Positions 18,066 through 25,797 of a stretch of 64,000 nucleotides of DNA are shown in pieces. How positions within the stretch are numbered: the stretch's first letter is position 1; each line of letters starts with the position of its first letter. The notes under the pieces were generated by a model. That model was given only the letters and a program-made list of their open reading frames with translations. It ran no database searches and was not told the origin of the DNA. This DNA comes from Myxococcales bacterium (GTDB lineage Bacteria > Myxococcota_A > Polyangia > Haliangiales > Haliangiaceae), in assembly GCA_028287135.1 (NCBI GenBank), contig JAQBQE010000008.1, positions 3,155 through 67,154 of the forward strand, given 5' to 3'. The position numbers and the translations under genes are program-made.

Positions 18066-19133
18066 ATGCGCTCCTCCTGGTTGGTGGTGTTCCTGATCGC
18101 GTGTGGTGGTAGCCCGGCCCCCGCACCGGTCGTTCCCGTCGCGCCGCAACCCTATGTCGCACCGGCCCCACCCCCCAAGCCGGTCCCGGCGACGCTCGAC
18201 GAGGAGACGGTCAAGACGTGGAGCCGGGCGTTCTACGAGGCGGTCGACACCGACGATATCGCCGTCTTCGAGGGGAGCGTCGGCCCGTCGTTCGTCGTGT
18301 TCGATCAGGCACGCAGCTACGACGCCGCAAACCTGATCGGACGGATGACCGCACGGCGCGAGCGCAGCGCGCCCCGCCGGTCGCGGACCTGGAAGGAAGA
18401 GCGGGTCTACCTCGGCCCGAACACCGCGGTGTTCGTCGGCGATGCCATCGAATCGTCGCCGGCCGTGGGCGAACAGGCATCCGGCGAGTGGGAGGGCTGG
18501 AACACGGTCGTCTGGGTCCACAACGGAACGGACTGGAAGGTCGCGCACGCGCAGTGGCAGGCGGGCGGCATCGAGGCCGAGCGCTCGATGTGGAACGAGG
18601 CGTTCCGCAAGTCGATCGGTTTCAAGCAGACCGCCAATCAGCACCTGATCGACTCGGTGAACAAGCGCAAGCCGGGCACCGCGCTCGACCTCGCCATGGG
18701 GCAGGGCCGCAATGCGGTGTTCCTCGCGACCAAGGGCTGGAAGGTGACCGGGGTCGACATCTCGGATGAAGGGATCCGGATCGCGAAGGCTGCTGCGGCG
18801 AAGGCCGGGACGCGGATCACCGCCGTGCAGGCGGAGAACGAGAAGTTCGATCTCGGCAAGGACCGGTGGGACCTGGTGACCCTGATCTATGCGGGCGACG
18901 ATCCCGCGATGCTCGCCAGGATCAAGCCGAGCATTCGCAAGGGCGGGCTGTTCGTCGTCGAGTTCTTCCACAAGGACACGACGTCGGGCACCGGCATCGG
19001 CGGGTTCATGGACGGTCAGCTCGCGGCCGCGTTCGCGGACTGGAAGATCGTCAAGGACGAGGTCGTCGAGGATGTCGCGGACTGGGGTCTTCGCAAGGGC
19101 AAGCTCGTCCGGTTCGTGGCGCAGCGGCCATGA
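18066..19133 (+). CDS. lipoprotein with NTF2-like (DUF4440/SnoaL-like) domain fused to class I SAM-dependent methyltransferase domain
   Basis: MRSSWLVVFLIAC lipobox and a Pro-rich linker. NTF2-like segment ending WNTVVWVHNGTDWKVAHAQW. MTase motif I ALDLAMGQGRNAVFLA, post-I VTGVDIS, and LVTLIYAG. Confidence 0.8.
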   Translation: MRSSWLVVFLIACGGSPAPAPVVPVAPQPYVAPAPPPKPVPATLDEETVKTWSRAFYEAVDTDDIAVFEGSVGPSFVVFDQARSYDAANLIGRMTARRERSAPRRSRTWKEERVYLGPNTAVFVGDAIESSPAVGEQASGEWEGWNTVVWVHNGTDWKVAHAQWQAGGIEAERSMWNEAFRKSIGFKQTANQHLIDSVNKRKPGTALDLAMGQGRNAVFLATKGWKVTGVDISDEGIRIAKAAAAKAGTRITAVQAENEKFDLGKDRWDLVTLIYAGDDPAMLARIKPSIRKGGLFVVEFFHKDTTSGTGIGGFMDGQLAAAFADWKIVKDEVVEDVADWGLRKGKLVRFVAQRP

Positions 19134-19204
19134 CCTCCAGCCTGCGGTACTAGCGACGACCGCAGCGCGCCACCTATAGAAGTAGTGACGCCTTCGTCGC
19201 GGGC

Positions 19205-19237
19205 AAAAAAAAACCGCCGGCGCTAAAACGCCGGCGG
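19205..19237 (-). terminator. strong intrinsic terminator on the reverse strand
   Basis: Perfect 9-bp GC stem (CCGCCGGCG 19214-19222 / CGCCGGCGG 19229-19237) with a 6-nt loop, followed on the reverse strand by a T9 run (A9 at 19205-19213 on the + strand). Confidence 0.7.
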
Positions 19238-19530
19238 CCGACCCGCGCCTCTCGCGGCAAGCAAACGCGAGTCGAAAGAGAAATCACGCGAGGTGCACGT
19301 TAGGAGCCATCGCTGGAACCGGCTCCGGAGATCGTGCAGGGCATTTACTGACTCGGAGGCGGTGCGAGCGCGCACTGCGATGGGGCGAGTTCGCACGGTC
19401 ACCTCTGCGTGAGGGAGCGTACGGGCGTCCAGAGCCCTCCAAGACGGTTTCTGAGCTTGGCAAGCCGCTTGCTCAAGGGGACAGCGCGGCAAGCGGTTTC
19501 CGCCTTGCGCACTTCACAGTCCGCGTACGC
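19238..19530 (-). ncRNA. candidate small RNA (identity unknown) ending at the T9 terminator
   Basis: A ~310-bp gap between two + strand genes contains a reverse-strand terminator and several hairpins (for example 19462-19472/19489-19499). The only ORF here (track 19223..19492) is Arg-rich with mediocre codon-3 G/C. The 5' end is not defined. Confidence 0.3.
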
Positions 19531-19548
19531 GGAAGAGGGATAATTCAC

Positions 19549-20289
19549 ATGCGAACGATTTCCAAGACTATCTTCTCCTCGCTCCTGCTGATGGCCGCGT
19601 CGACCATCGCCTCGGCCCAGGACCCCGTCTCGTCCCCGGAGGCTGGAACCCCGGTCGACGCCGACGCTGACGCCGGCACCGGCACGCCCGCCAAGGTGGC
19701 TGCGCCGAACGATGGCGATCTGCCGAAGCCGCAGTCGGACAACGATGTCCAGCCGGAAGTTGCGACCCCGGGCATGCCCGCGGGCGGCATCGTCAGCCAG
19801 GCAGGCGTCGGTGGCGTGGTGGGTTACGGTCGCGCGGGCGTCCTCGAGCTCGGTGGCTCGGCGGGCTTCACGTTCGCGTCGGACTACCGCAACGTCAACG
19901 TGTCGCCGACCATCGGTTGGTTCGTTGCCGACAACCTCGAGCTCTCGGCCATCCTCAGCATCTCGAACATCAAGGCCGGCGACTCGTCGTCGACCCTGTG
20001 GTCCGCGCTGCTCGAGCCGAGCTACCACATTCCGTTCAACCGCTCGGCGTTCGGCTTCCTCGGCCTCGGTGCCGGTGCGTCGCACGTCAGCGGTCTCGGA
20101 ACCGGCTTCGCGGTTGCTCCTCGCGTCGGTGCGAACTTCATGATCGGCCGCTCGGGCGTCCTGACCCCGTCGATCTCGTACCAGTACACGACGATCAACA
20201 CGGACATGGATGCCGGCGCGGGTGCTGTCACCGTCGTCGCTCTGACGAGCGCGGTGCAGTTCAACCTCGGCTACACCGCGATGTGGTGA
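19549..20289 (+). CDS. outer-membrane beta-barrel protein (small porin/OmpA-barrel-like)
   Basis: RBS GAGGG upstream. Signal peptide MRTISKTIFSSLLLMAASTIASAQ, alternating beta-strand pattern, C-terminal ...FNLGYTAMW aromatic terminus. Confidence 0.75.
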   Translation: MRTISKTIFSSLLLMAASTIASAQDPVSSPEAGTPVDADADAGTGTPAKVAAPNDGDLPKPQSDNDVQPEVATPGMPAGGIVSQAGVGGVVGYGRAGVLELGGSAGFTFASDYRNVNVSPTIGWFVADNLELSAILSISNIKAGDSSSTLWSALLEPSYHIPFNRSAFGFLGLGAGASHVSGLGTGFAVAPRVGANFMIGRSGVLTPSISYQYTTINTDMDAGAGAVTVVALTSAVQFNLGYTAMW

Positions 20290-20404
20290 ACCGACCTCTC
20301 TACACGCTCTACCGTCCTTACGCTTGAACTAGCTTGATGTGAGCCGTGGGTCCCCGAGTGGGTCCCACGGTCTTCGCATTTTCGGGGCATCTTCGGCGTT
20401 ACGA

Positions 20405-21202
20405 TCAGGCGATCACGACAAATGTCTGATGGTTGATCGCGACGAGCCGACCATCCTCGCCCCACAGCTCGCGGGTCTCGAGGCAGTAGCCGTCGGCGAG
20501 CACCGGCGCCGTGCCTCGATAGAGCAGCGGCGATTCGGGATCGAGTCCGTCGAGGCCGCCGACGATGTCGAGGGTGTAGACGATCGTCGCCATCGGCCGC
20601 ATCGCGGGGAGCTTGACCAGCGCGGCAGGCCACCACGCATCCATCACCGCGGCGATGTGCGCGGCATCGCGGAGGCCGCCCTGCAGGCGCGGACGAATCC
20701 AGCCGACCGTGCGTGGGGCGGCGCCGCTGGTCGGGATGCCCTCGACGACGCGGTACTCGAAGTGCTGCGCGAACTCGGGGAACGCTCCGGCGGCCATCGG
20801 CAACGGCTCGATCCCGCTCCACGGCGGAGCCGCTGGCGGTGCGAGCTCCTGCCACGCGAGCGGTCCGGTACCCCGGCGGGTCGCGGCGAGCACGCCGACT
20901 GCGTGCGTCTTGACCTCGCTGCCCTGGGTCAGCGCCGCCCGCACGGTCGACACCGAGCTGCCTTGCCGGAGGATCTCCACCGCGATCTCCGCCGTCCCCA
21001 CCAGCACCGGTCCCGGGATCTCCGCGGTGACCGACCGAACTGTGCGGGTCGGATCGCCCACCGCGTGCTCGATCGCCCGGATCAAGGCGCTGACGACGAA
21101 GCCGCCGAACGCGCCACGTCCCTGTCGCCAGCCCTCGGGGACTGCGAGCTGGTAGTGATCCCCGTGGCGCGCCGGCGTGGTCAGATCCGAGAGGGTGGGC
21201 AT
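20405..21202 (-). CDS. acyl-CoA thioesterase II-like (double hot-dog) protein
   Basis: RGAFGGFVVSALIRAIE...TAEIPGPVLVG...ILRQGSSVSTVRAAL and second-half TIVYTLDIV...LADGYCLETRELWGEDGRLVAINHQTFVV. Start MPTLSDL (complement of 21200-21202). Confidence 0.8.
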   Translation of the reverse strand: MPTLSDLTTPARHGDHYQLAVPEGWRQGRGAFGGFVVSALIRAIEHAVGDPTRTVRSVTAEIPGPVLVGTAEIAVEILRQGSSVSTVRAALTQGSEVKTHAVGVLAATRRGTGPLAWQELAPPAAPPWSGIEPLPMAAGAFPEFAQHFEYRVVEGIPTSGAAPRTVGWIRPRLQGGLRDAAHIAAVMDAWWPAALVKLPAMRPMATIVYTLDIVGGLDGLDPESPLLYRGTAPVLADGYCLETRELWGEDGRLVAINHQTFVVIA

Positions 21203-21213
21203 CCCCCGTCGTA

Positions 21214-21993
21214 TCAATCGATCGGTTCGATGACCAGCCGTCCGCCGTGCTGCGAGATCGTGAAGCCGCGAATCACGCCTTGCGAGCTCGCACCACGGCT
21301 CGCCCACGCATCGCGGCCGAGGATCTCGACATCAGGTCCGCCGCCGTCGGGATAGCCGCCGAAGTGATGATCGACCATCCGCGCGGTCAGCTTCTCGCGC
21401 GTACCCATCATCCACAGGAACGGCGCGAGGAGCAGGAGCTGGTACGCGCCCATGAGGCCGATGATTCCGAATCCGACCGCGACGACGCGGGCGACCTGCA
21501 CCGAGACGTCGGTCGCGCGCACGAAGCTCATCTTTCGCGCGAGCGCGGCGCGCAGGATGCGCCCGCCGTCCATCGGCAGGGCAGGGATCAGGTTGAACGC
21601 GGCGAGCACGAGGTTGATCCAGCCGACTGTGGACACCAGCGGAGCGTGGAGCACGGCGCCGAGGGCGAGGCCGGCGAGACCGAGGACGATCGAGACGGCC
21701 GGTCCGGCGGCCGCGATCGCGATCTCGTGAGTGGGCCGGCGCGGCATGTCGACCATCTTGGCCGCGCCGCCGAGGAACCCGAGCTCGATGCCGGAGACGT
21801 GAACGCCGAGCTTGCGCGCGACGACTGCGTGGCCGAGCTCGTGGAGCAGGACCGATGCGAAGGCGAGCCCGACGATCATCACGCCGAACAGCCCGCCGAA
21901 CGCGACGAACACGAGGGCGAGCAGGATCAAGAAGCTCGCCTTGATCTCGACGGGGAATCCGAGGACGGCCCCCAGACGCCATGACTTGGACAT
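21214..21993 (-). CDS. site-2 protease family (M50) membrane metalloprotease
   Basis: HELGHAVVARKLG zinc motif, FLGGAAKM, NLIPALPMDGGRILRA. Start MSKSWRLG. Confidence 0.85.
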   Translation of the reverse strand: MSKSWRLGAVLGFPVEIKASFLILLALVFVAFGGLFGVMIVGLAFASVLLHELGHAVVARKLGVHVSGIELGFLGGAAKMVDMPRRPTHEIAIAAAGPAVSIVLGLAGLALGAVLHAPLVSTVGWINLVLAAFNLIPALPMDGGRILRAALARKMSFVRATDVSVQVARVVAVGFGIIGLMGAYQLLLLAPFLWMMGTREKLTARMVDHHFGGYPDGGGPDVEILGRDAWASRGASSQGVIRGFTISQHGGRLVIEPID

Positions 21994-22108
21994 GAGGACA
22001 CCATGTGCATGGACTGGGCAGGCGTCAACCACGTACACCGACGGGGAGCTACCCGAACGGGGAGCCCGCTGCTTGTGCCGGGCGACCGCCGCGGCGACCA
22101 TCGGTCGC

Positions 22109-22957
22109 ATGAGCCGAAACCTCCTGCTTGCTCTCGTCGGCGCGACGCTCCTGGCCCCTGCGGCCGCGATGGCAGCCCCCGGGACCGACGCGTATTTCGA
22201 TCCATTGACCATGGATCGCCACACCCCCGACACGACGTTCGGAATCGACGTCGGCTACGAGGTCTGGGACGAGCCGCCGGGCTATCGCGACATCACGGTG
22301 TTCGGGTTGAACATCGGCGGTCACTACATGACGCCGGGTGGGCTCGGCGGGTACCTCAATGTTCCACTCTCGTACGTCAGTCTCGACATCCCGCCGCTCG
22401 TCAACGACTCGGAGCTCGCGCTCGGCAACGTCGAGGCGGGCATCGCGTACGCGAAGCGCTTCCGCGGCAACACCGCGCTCGTCCTGCACGCCGGTGTCGC
22501 GCTGCCGACCGCCGATGACGATGGTGCGGGTGCCTTTCAGGCCTACGCATCGGTGCCGCGGTACGGCGACCTCGTGCAGCGCTGGCCCAACTCGACCTGG
22601 CTCCGGTTCGGACTGTCGCCGATGGGACGCTCGGGGGTCCTGTTCTGGCGAGCGGACGTCGGCCTCGATCTCGCGCTCGACGATGACAACGCGAACGAGA
22701 TCTCGCCGGCGTTCCACGTCAACGTCGGTGGCGGGGTCGATCTCGGCGCCGCGCAGCTGCTCGGCGAGCTGGTGACCAACGTGATCGACACCAGCGGCGA
22801 CGACAGCGCCAGCACGTTCGCGCTCGGAGCTCGCTTCGTCTCCGGCAACCTGCGGCCCGGCCTCGCGCTGATGTTCCCGGTCGGCTTCGACGACACTAAC
22901 GATGCGCTCGAGTTTGCCCTCGTGCTCTCGCTCGCCGTTCACGCCGCCTCACGCTGA
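22109..22957 (+). CDS. secreted/outer-membrane hypothetical protein
   Basis: Internal ATG gives MSRNLLLALVGATLLAPAAAMAAP, a signal peptide. The pattern is beta-rich. The upstream part of track ORF 21812..22957 is a shadow of the M50 gene. Confidence 0.6.
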   Translation: MSRNLLLALVGATLLAPAAAMAAPGTDAYFDPLTMDRHTPDTTFGIDVGYEVWDEPPGYRDITVFGLNIGGHYMTPGGLGGYLNVPLSYVSLDIPPLVNDSELALGNVEAGIAYAKRFRGNTALVLHAGVALPTADDDGAGAFQAYASVPRYGDLVQRWPNSTWLRFGLSPMGRSGVLFWRADVGLDLALDDDNANEISPAFHVNVGGGVDLGAAQLLGELVTNVIDTSGDDSASTFALGARFVSGNLRPGLALMFPVGFDDTNDALEFALVLSLAVHAASR

Positions 22958-22997
22958 CCGTCCGGTCTAGCCGCCAATGCCACTCGGTTAAGGTCGT

Positions 22998-23228
22998 TCG
23001 TGCACGTCCACGTGCCACGTGCTCGTTCACGTCCCGACAGCTTCCGCGATGTTCAACGGCACCGACATCGCGGCTCGCCGCCACTGATCGACCAGCGCCG
23101 AGTGCCCACGCGGCAGGTATGGGATGGACCTGAACACGAACGCCAGGTGTTCGATCGCACATTGCTTCAGCCCGGTTGCTACCGAGTCCGTGGACGTGGA
23201 CGAGCACGTGACACGTGCACGTGCACGA
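22998..23228. repeat. REPIN/MITE-like element: 37-bp imperfect terminal inverted repeats around a 157-bp core
   Basis: 22998-23034 (TCGTGCACGTCCACGTGCCACGTGCTCGTTCACGTCC) matches the reverse complement of 23192-23228 at 34/37 positions. The arms are built of CACGT(G) units. There are internal hairpins at 23045-23052/23065-23072 and 23132-23137/23147-23152. It lies between convergent genes. Confidence 0.7.
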
Positions 23229-23260
23229 CGACGGAACCCGCTAACTGACCAGCATTGATG

Positions 23261-25441
23261 CTAACGCTGCGCAGTGCGAACCGCACGCCGATCGGGCTGC
23301 TCGACCATGGTCAGCACGAACGCGTAGGCACGCGCGATCTCCTTGAGCGCATCGAACCGGCCGGACGCACCGCCGTGGCCGGCGCTCATGTTGGTGTCGA
23401 GCAGCACCGGGTTCGTATCGCGCTTGGTCGCGCGGAGCTTGGCGATCCACTTCGCGGGCTCGAAGTACTGGACCTGGCTGTCCCACAGGCCGGTGCGCAC
23501 GTAGATCGACGGGTACGCGACGGGCGCGATGTTGTCGTACGGCGAGTACGACAACATGTAGTCGTAGGCGGCCTTGTCCGCGGTCGGATTGCCCCACTCG
23601 TCGTACTCGTTGGTGGTCAGCGGGATCGATTCGTCGAGCATCGTCGTCACCACGTCGACGAACGGCACGAACGAGACGATGCCGCGATACAGCTCGGGGC
23701 GCAGGTTGGCGATCGCGCCGACGAGGAGACCACCCGCGCTGCCGCCCATCGCGAACACGCTGTCGGGCGCGCCGTACTTGTTCGCGACGAGGTGCTCGGT
23801 CGACGCGATGAAGTCGGTGAACGTGTTCATCTTCTTCATCAGCTTGCCGTCCTCGTACCAGGCACGGCCCATCTCCTGCCCACCGCGGATGTGCGCGATC
23901 GCGTAGACCCAGCCGCGGTCGAGCAGGCTCACGCGGCTCGCCGCAAAGCTCGGCTCCATCGAGAGCCCGTACGAGCCGTAGCCGTAGACCAGCAGCGGCG
24001 CCGTGCCGTCGAGCTTGGTGCCCTTCTTGTAGACCACCGAGATCGGGATCGCCGTGCCGTCCGCCGCCGTGGCGTGCAGGTACTCGGTCGCATAGGCCGC
24101 GGCGTCGTAGGTCGGCACCGGCTGCTGCTTGAGCATCGCGCGCTGCCGCGTCCCGACGTCGAGCTCGTACACCGAGGTCGGCTGGGTCATCGATTCGTAC
24201 GTGTAGCGCACGCGCGTCGAGCTACCGGTCGGCGTGTCGTAGACCGACATCACGTACGCCGGATCGGGCGCGTCGATGAAGAACGGCTTGCCCTTGGCGG
24301 GCAGGACCTGGACCTTGCGCAGACCACCGGTCCGAACCGAGGCCGCGAGGAAGGTGTCATAGACCGCCACGTTCTCGACCAGCGTGTCCGTGCGGTGCGG
24401 GATCAGATCCTTCCACGCGCTGCGATCGGTCTCCTTGCCGGCGGGTACCTCGACGACCCGGAAGTTCTTCGCCTGATCGTTCGTCCGCATCACGAACCGG
24501 TCGCCGAGGTGATCGATGCTGTAGAGGTGATCCTTCTCGCGCGGCAGGAACACGCGCGGCGCGGAGGTCGGCCGGTCGGAGTCGACGAGCAAGGTCTCGG
24601 AATTCGTCGTCGAGCGCATCCCGATCTCGATGTAACGATGTGACTTCGTCGCACCGACGCCGACGTAGTACGACGCGTCGGTCTCGAGGTGCACGAGCTC
24701 GTGCGAGCCACCGAGCGCATGACGGAGGACGCGATCCGCACGCAGCGTGACCTCGTCCTTGCCGCCGTAGAACAGCGTCGTGTTGTCGTTGGCCCACGCG
24801 AGCGCACCGCTGATGTTCGACGCGGTATCCGGCAGCATCTGGCCCGTCGCGAGGTTCTTGATCCGCAGCACGAACTGGTTGCGACCGACCGTGTCCTCGG
24901 CCCACGCGATCAGCGTCCCGTCGCGGGACACGTCGTACGCGCCGACCTTGTAGTACGGGTGGCCCACCGCGAGCACGTTGCCGTCGAGCAGGATCTCCTC
25001 GGCCGCATCCAGCGCACCCTTGCGGCGCGCGTAGATCGGGTACTGCTTCCCCGTCTCGTAGCGCACGTAGTACCAGTAGCCCGCGTCGAGCACGGGGACC
25101 GACTCGTCGTCCTCCTTGACCCGCGCGCGCAGCTCGCTGAACAGCGTGGCCTCGAGCGCCTGCGCCGGCGCGAGCAGCTTGTCCGTGTAGGCATTCTCCG
25201 CGGTGATGTACGCGAGGACCTCCGGATCCTTGCGCTCGTCATCGCGCAGCCAGTAGTACGGATCGTTGCGCGTGCCGTGGGGCGACACGACATCGTGGGG
25301 CTTGCGCGCGGCGACCGGTGCCACCGGCTCGCCATGGCCTGCACCGCCGGGGTCGCTGCCTGACGAGGTGTTCGAGATCGTGGTCTTGCTGCTGCAGCTA
25401 CAGAGGACACAGACGCAGGCGAGCGCGTGGAAGCGAGGCAT
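23261..25441 (-). CDS. ptrB: oligopeptidase B (S9A prolyl-oligopeptidase family), lipoprotein form
   Basis: N-terminal hallmark KPHDVVSPHGTRNDPYYWLRDDERKDPEVLAYITAENAYT. Catalytic GGSAGGLLVGA, with downstream D and H blocks (YPSIYVRTGLWDSQVQYFEPAKW, SAGHGGASGR). Lipobox VLCSC. Confidence 0.9.
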   Translation of the reverse strand: MPRFHALACVCVLCSCSSKTTISNTSSGSDPGGAGHGEPVAPVAARKPHDVVSPHGTRNDPYYWLRDDERKDPEVLAYITAENAYTDKLLAPAQALEATLFSELRARVKEDDESVPVLDAGYWYYVRYETGKQYPIYARRKGALDAAEEILLDGNVLAVGHPYYKVGAYDVSRDGTLIAWAEDTVGRNQFVLRIKNLATGQMLPDTASNISGALAWANDNTTLFYGGKDEVTLRADRVLRHALGGSHELVHLETDASYYVGVGATKSHRYIEIGMRSTTNSETLLVDSDRPTSAPRVFLPREKDHLYSIDHLGDRFVMRTNDQAKNFRVVEVPAGKETDRSAWKDLIPHRTDTLVENVAVYDTFLAASVRTGGLRKVQVLPAKGKPFFIDAPDPAYVMSVYDTPTGSSTRVRYTYESMTQPTSVYELDVGTRQRAMLKQQPVPTYDAAAYATEYLHATAADGTAIPISVVYKKGTKLDGTAPLLVYGYGSYGLSMEPSFAASRVSLLDRGWVYAIAHIRGGQEMGRAWYEDGKLMKKMNTFTDFIASTEHLVANKYGAPDSVFAMGGSAGGLLVGAIANLRPELYRGIVSFVPFVDVVTTMLDESIPLTTNEYDEWGNPTADKAAYDYMLSYSPYDNIAPVAYPSIYVRTGLWDSQVQYFEPAKWIAKLRATKRDTNPVLLDTNMSAGHGGASGRFDALKEIARAYAFVLTMVEQPDRRAVRTAQR

Positions 25442-25578
25442 GGTGGGTGACCTTAGCAGCCCGCATGGAACTGTGAGCCGACGTACGGAAGCTCCCGGCT
25501 CCGCAGATTCCGGATGCGACGCTGTGCGAGAACTCTCACAGCGACGAGGAGGAGCGGAGCTCGTTACCGTCTTCCACG

Positions 25579-25791
25579 ATGAAGAGGAAGCGACAAAACT
25601 CCGGATCCCGTCCCCCGAAGACGAAGGCCGTCGAGCCGACCGTCTCGCACTTCACCCCGGTCGAGGAGCAGTTCTTCAGCGCGGCCGGTTCGACCGCGGA
25701 GTATGAACCGACCGATTCGTTCGCGGATCTCGACGAGGGCTATCAGCCACGCCCCGGCCTGCTGCGTCGCTTGTTCGCGCGCGCAGCCTGA
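25579..25791 (+). CDS. small hypothetical protein
   Basis: Track ORF: a basic N-terminus followed by an acidic segment (VEEQFFSAAGSTAEYEPTDSFADLDEGY). No family recognised. Confidence 0.35.
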   Translation: MKRKRQNSGSRPPKTKAVEPTVSHFTPVEEQFFSAAGSTAEYEPTDSFADLDEGYQPRPGLLRRLFARAA

Positions 25792-25797
25792 GCCGAG

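Noticed and set aside
19238-19530. Assigning the candidate sRNA to 6S RNA, tmRNA, RNase P RNA or SRP RNA
   Set aside because: I could not find the conserved cores by eye: no GAGGAAAGTCC-type RNase P motif, no tmRNA tag ORF with a tRNA-like 3' end, and no SRP GGAA/AGCA domain. It is left as unknown.
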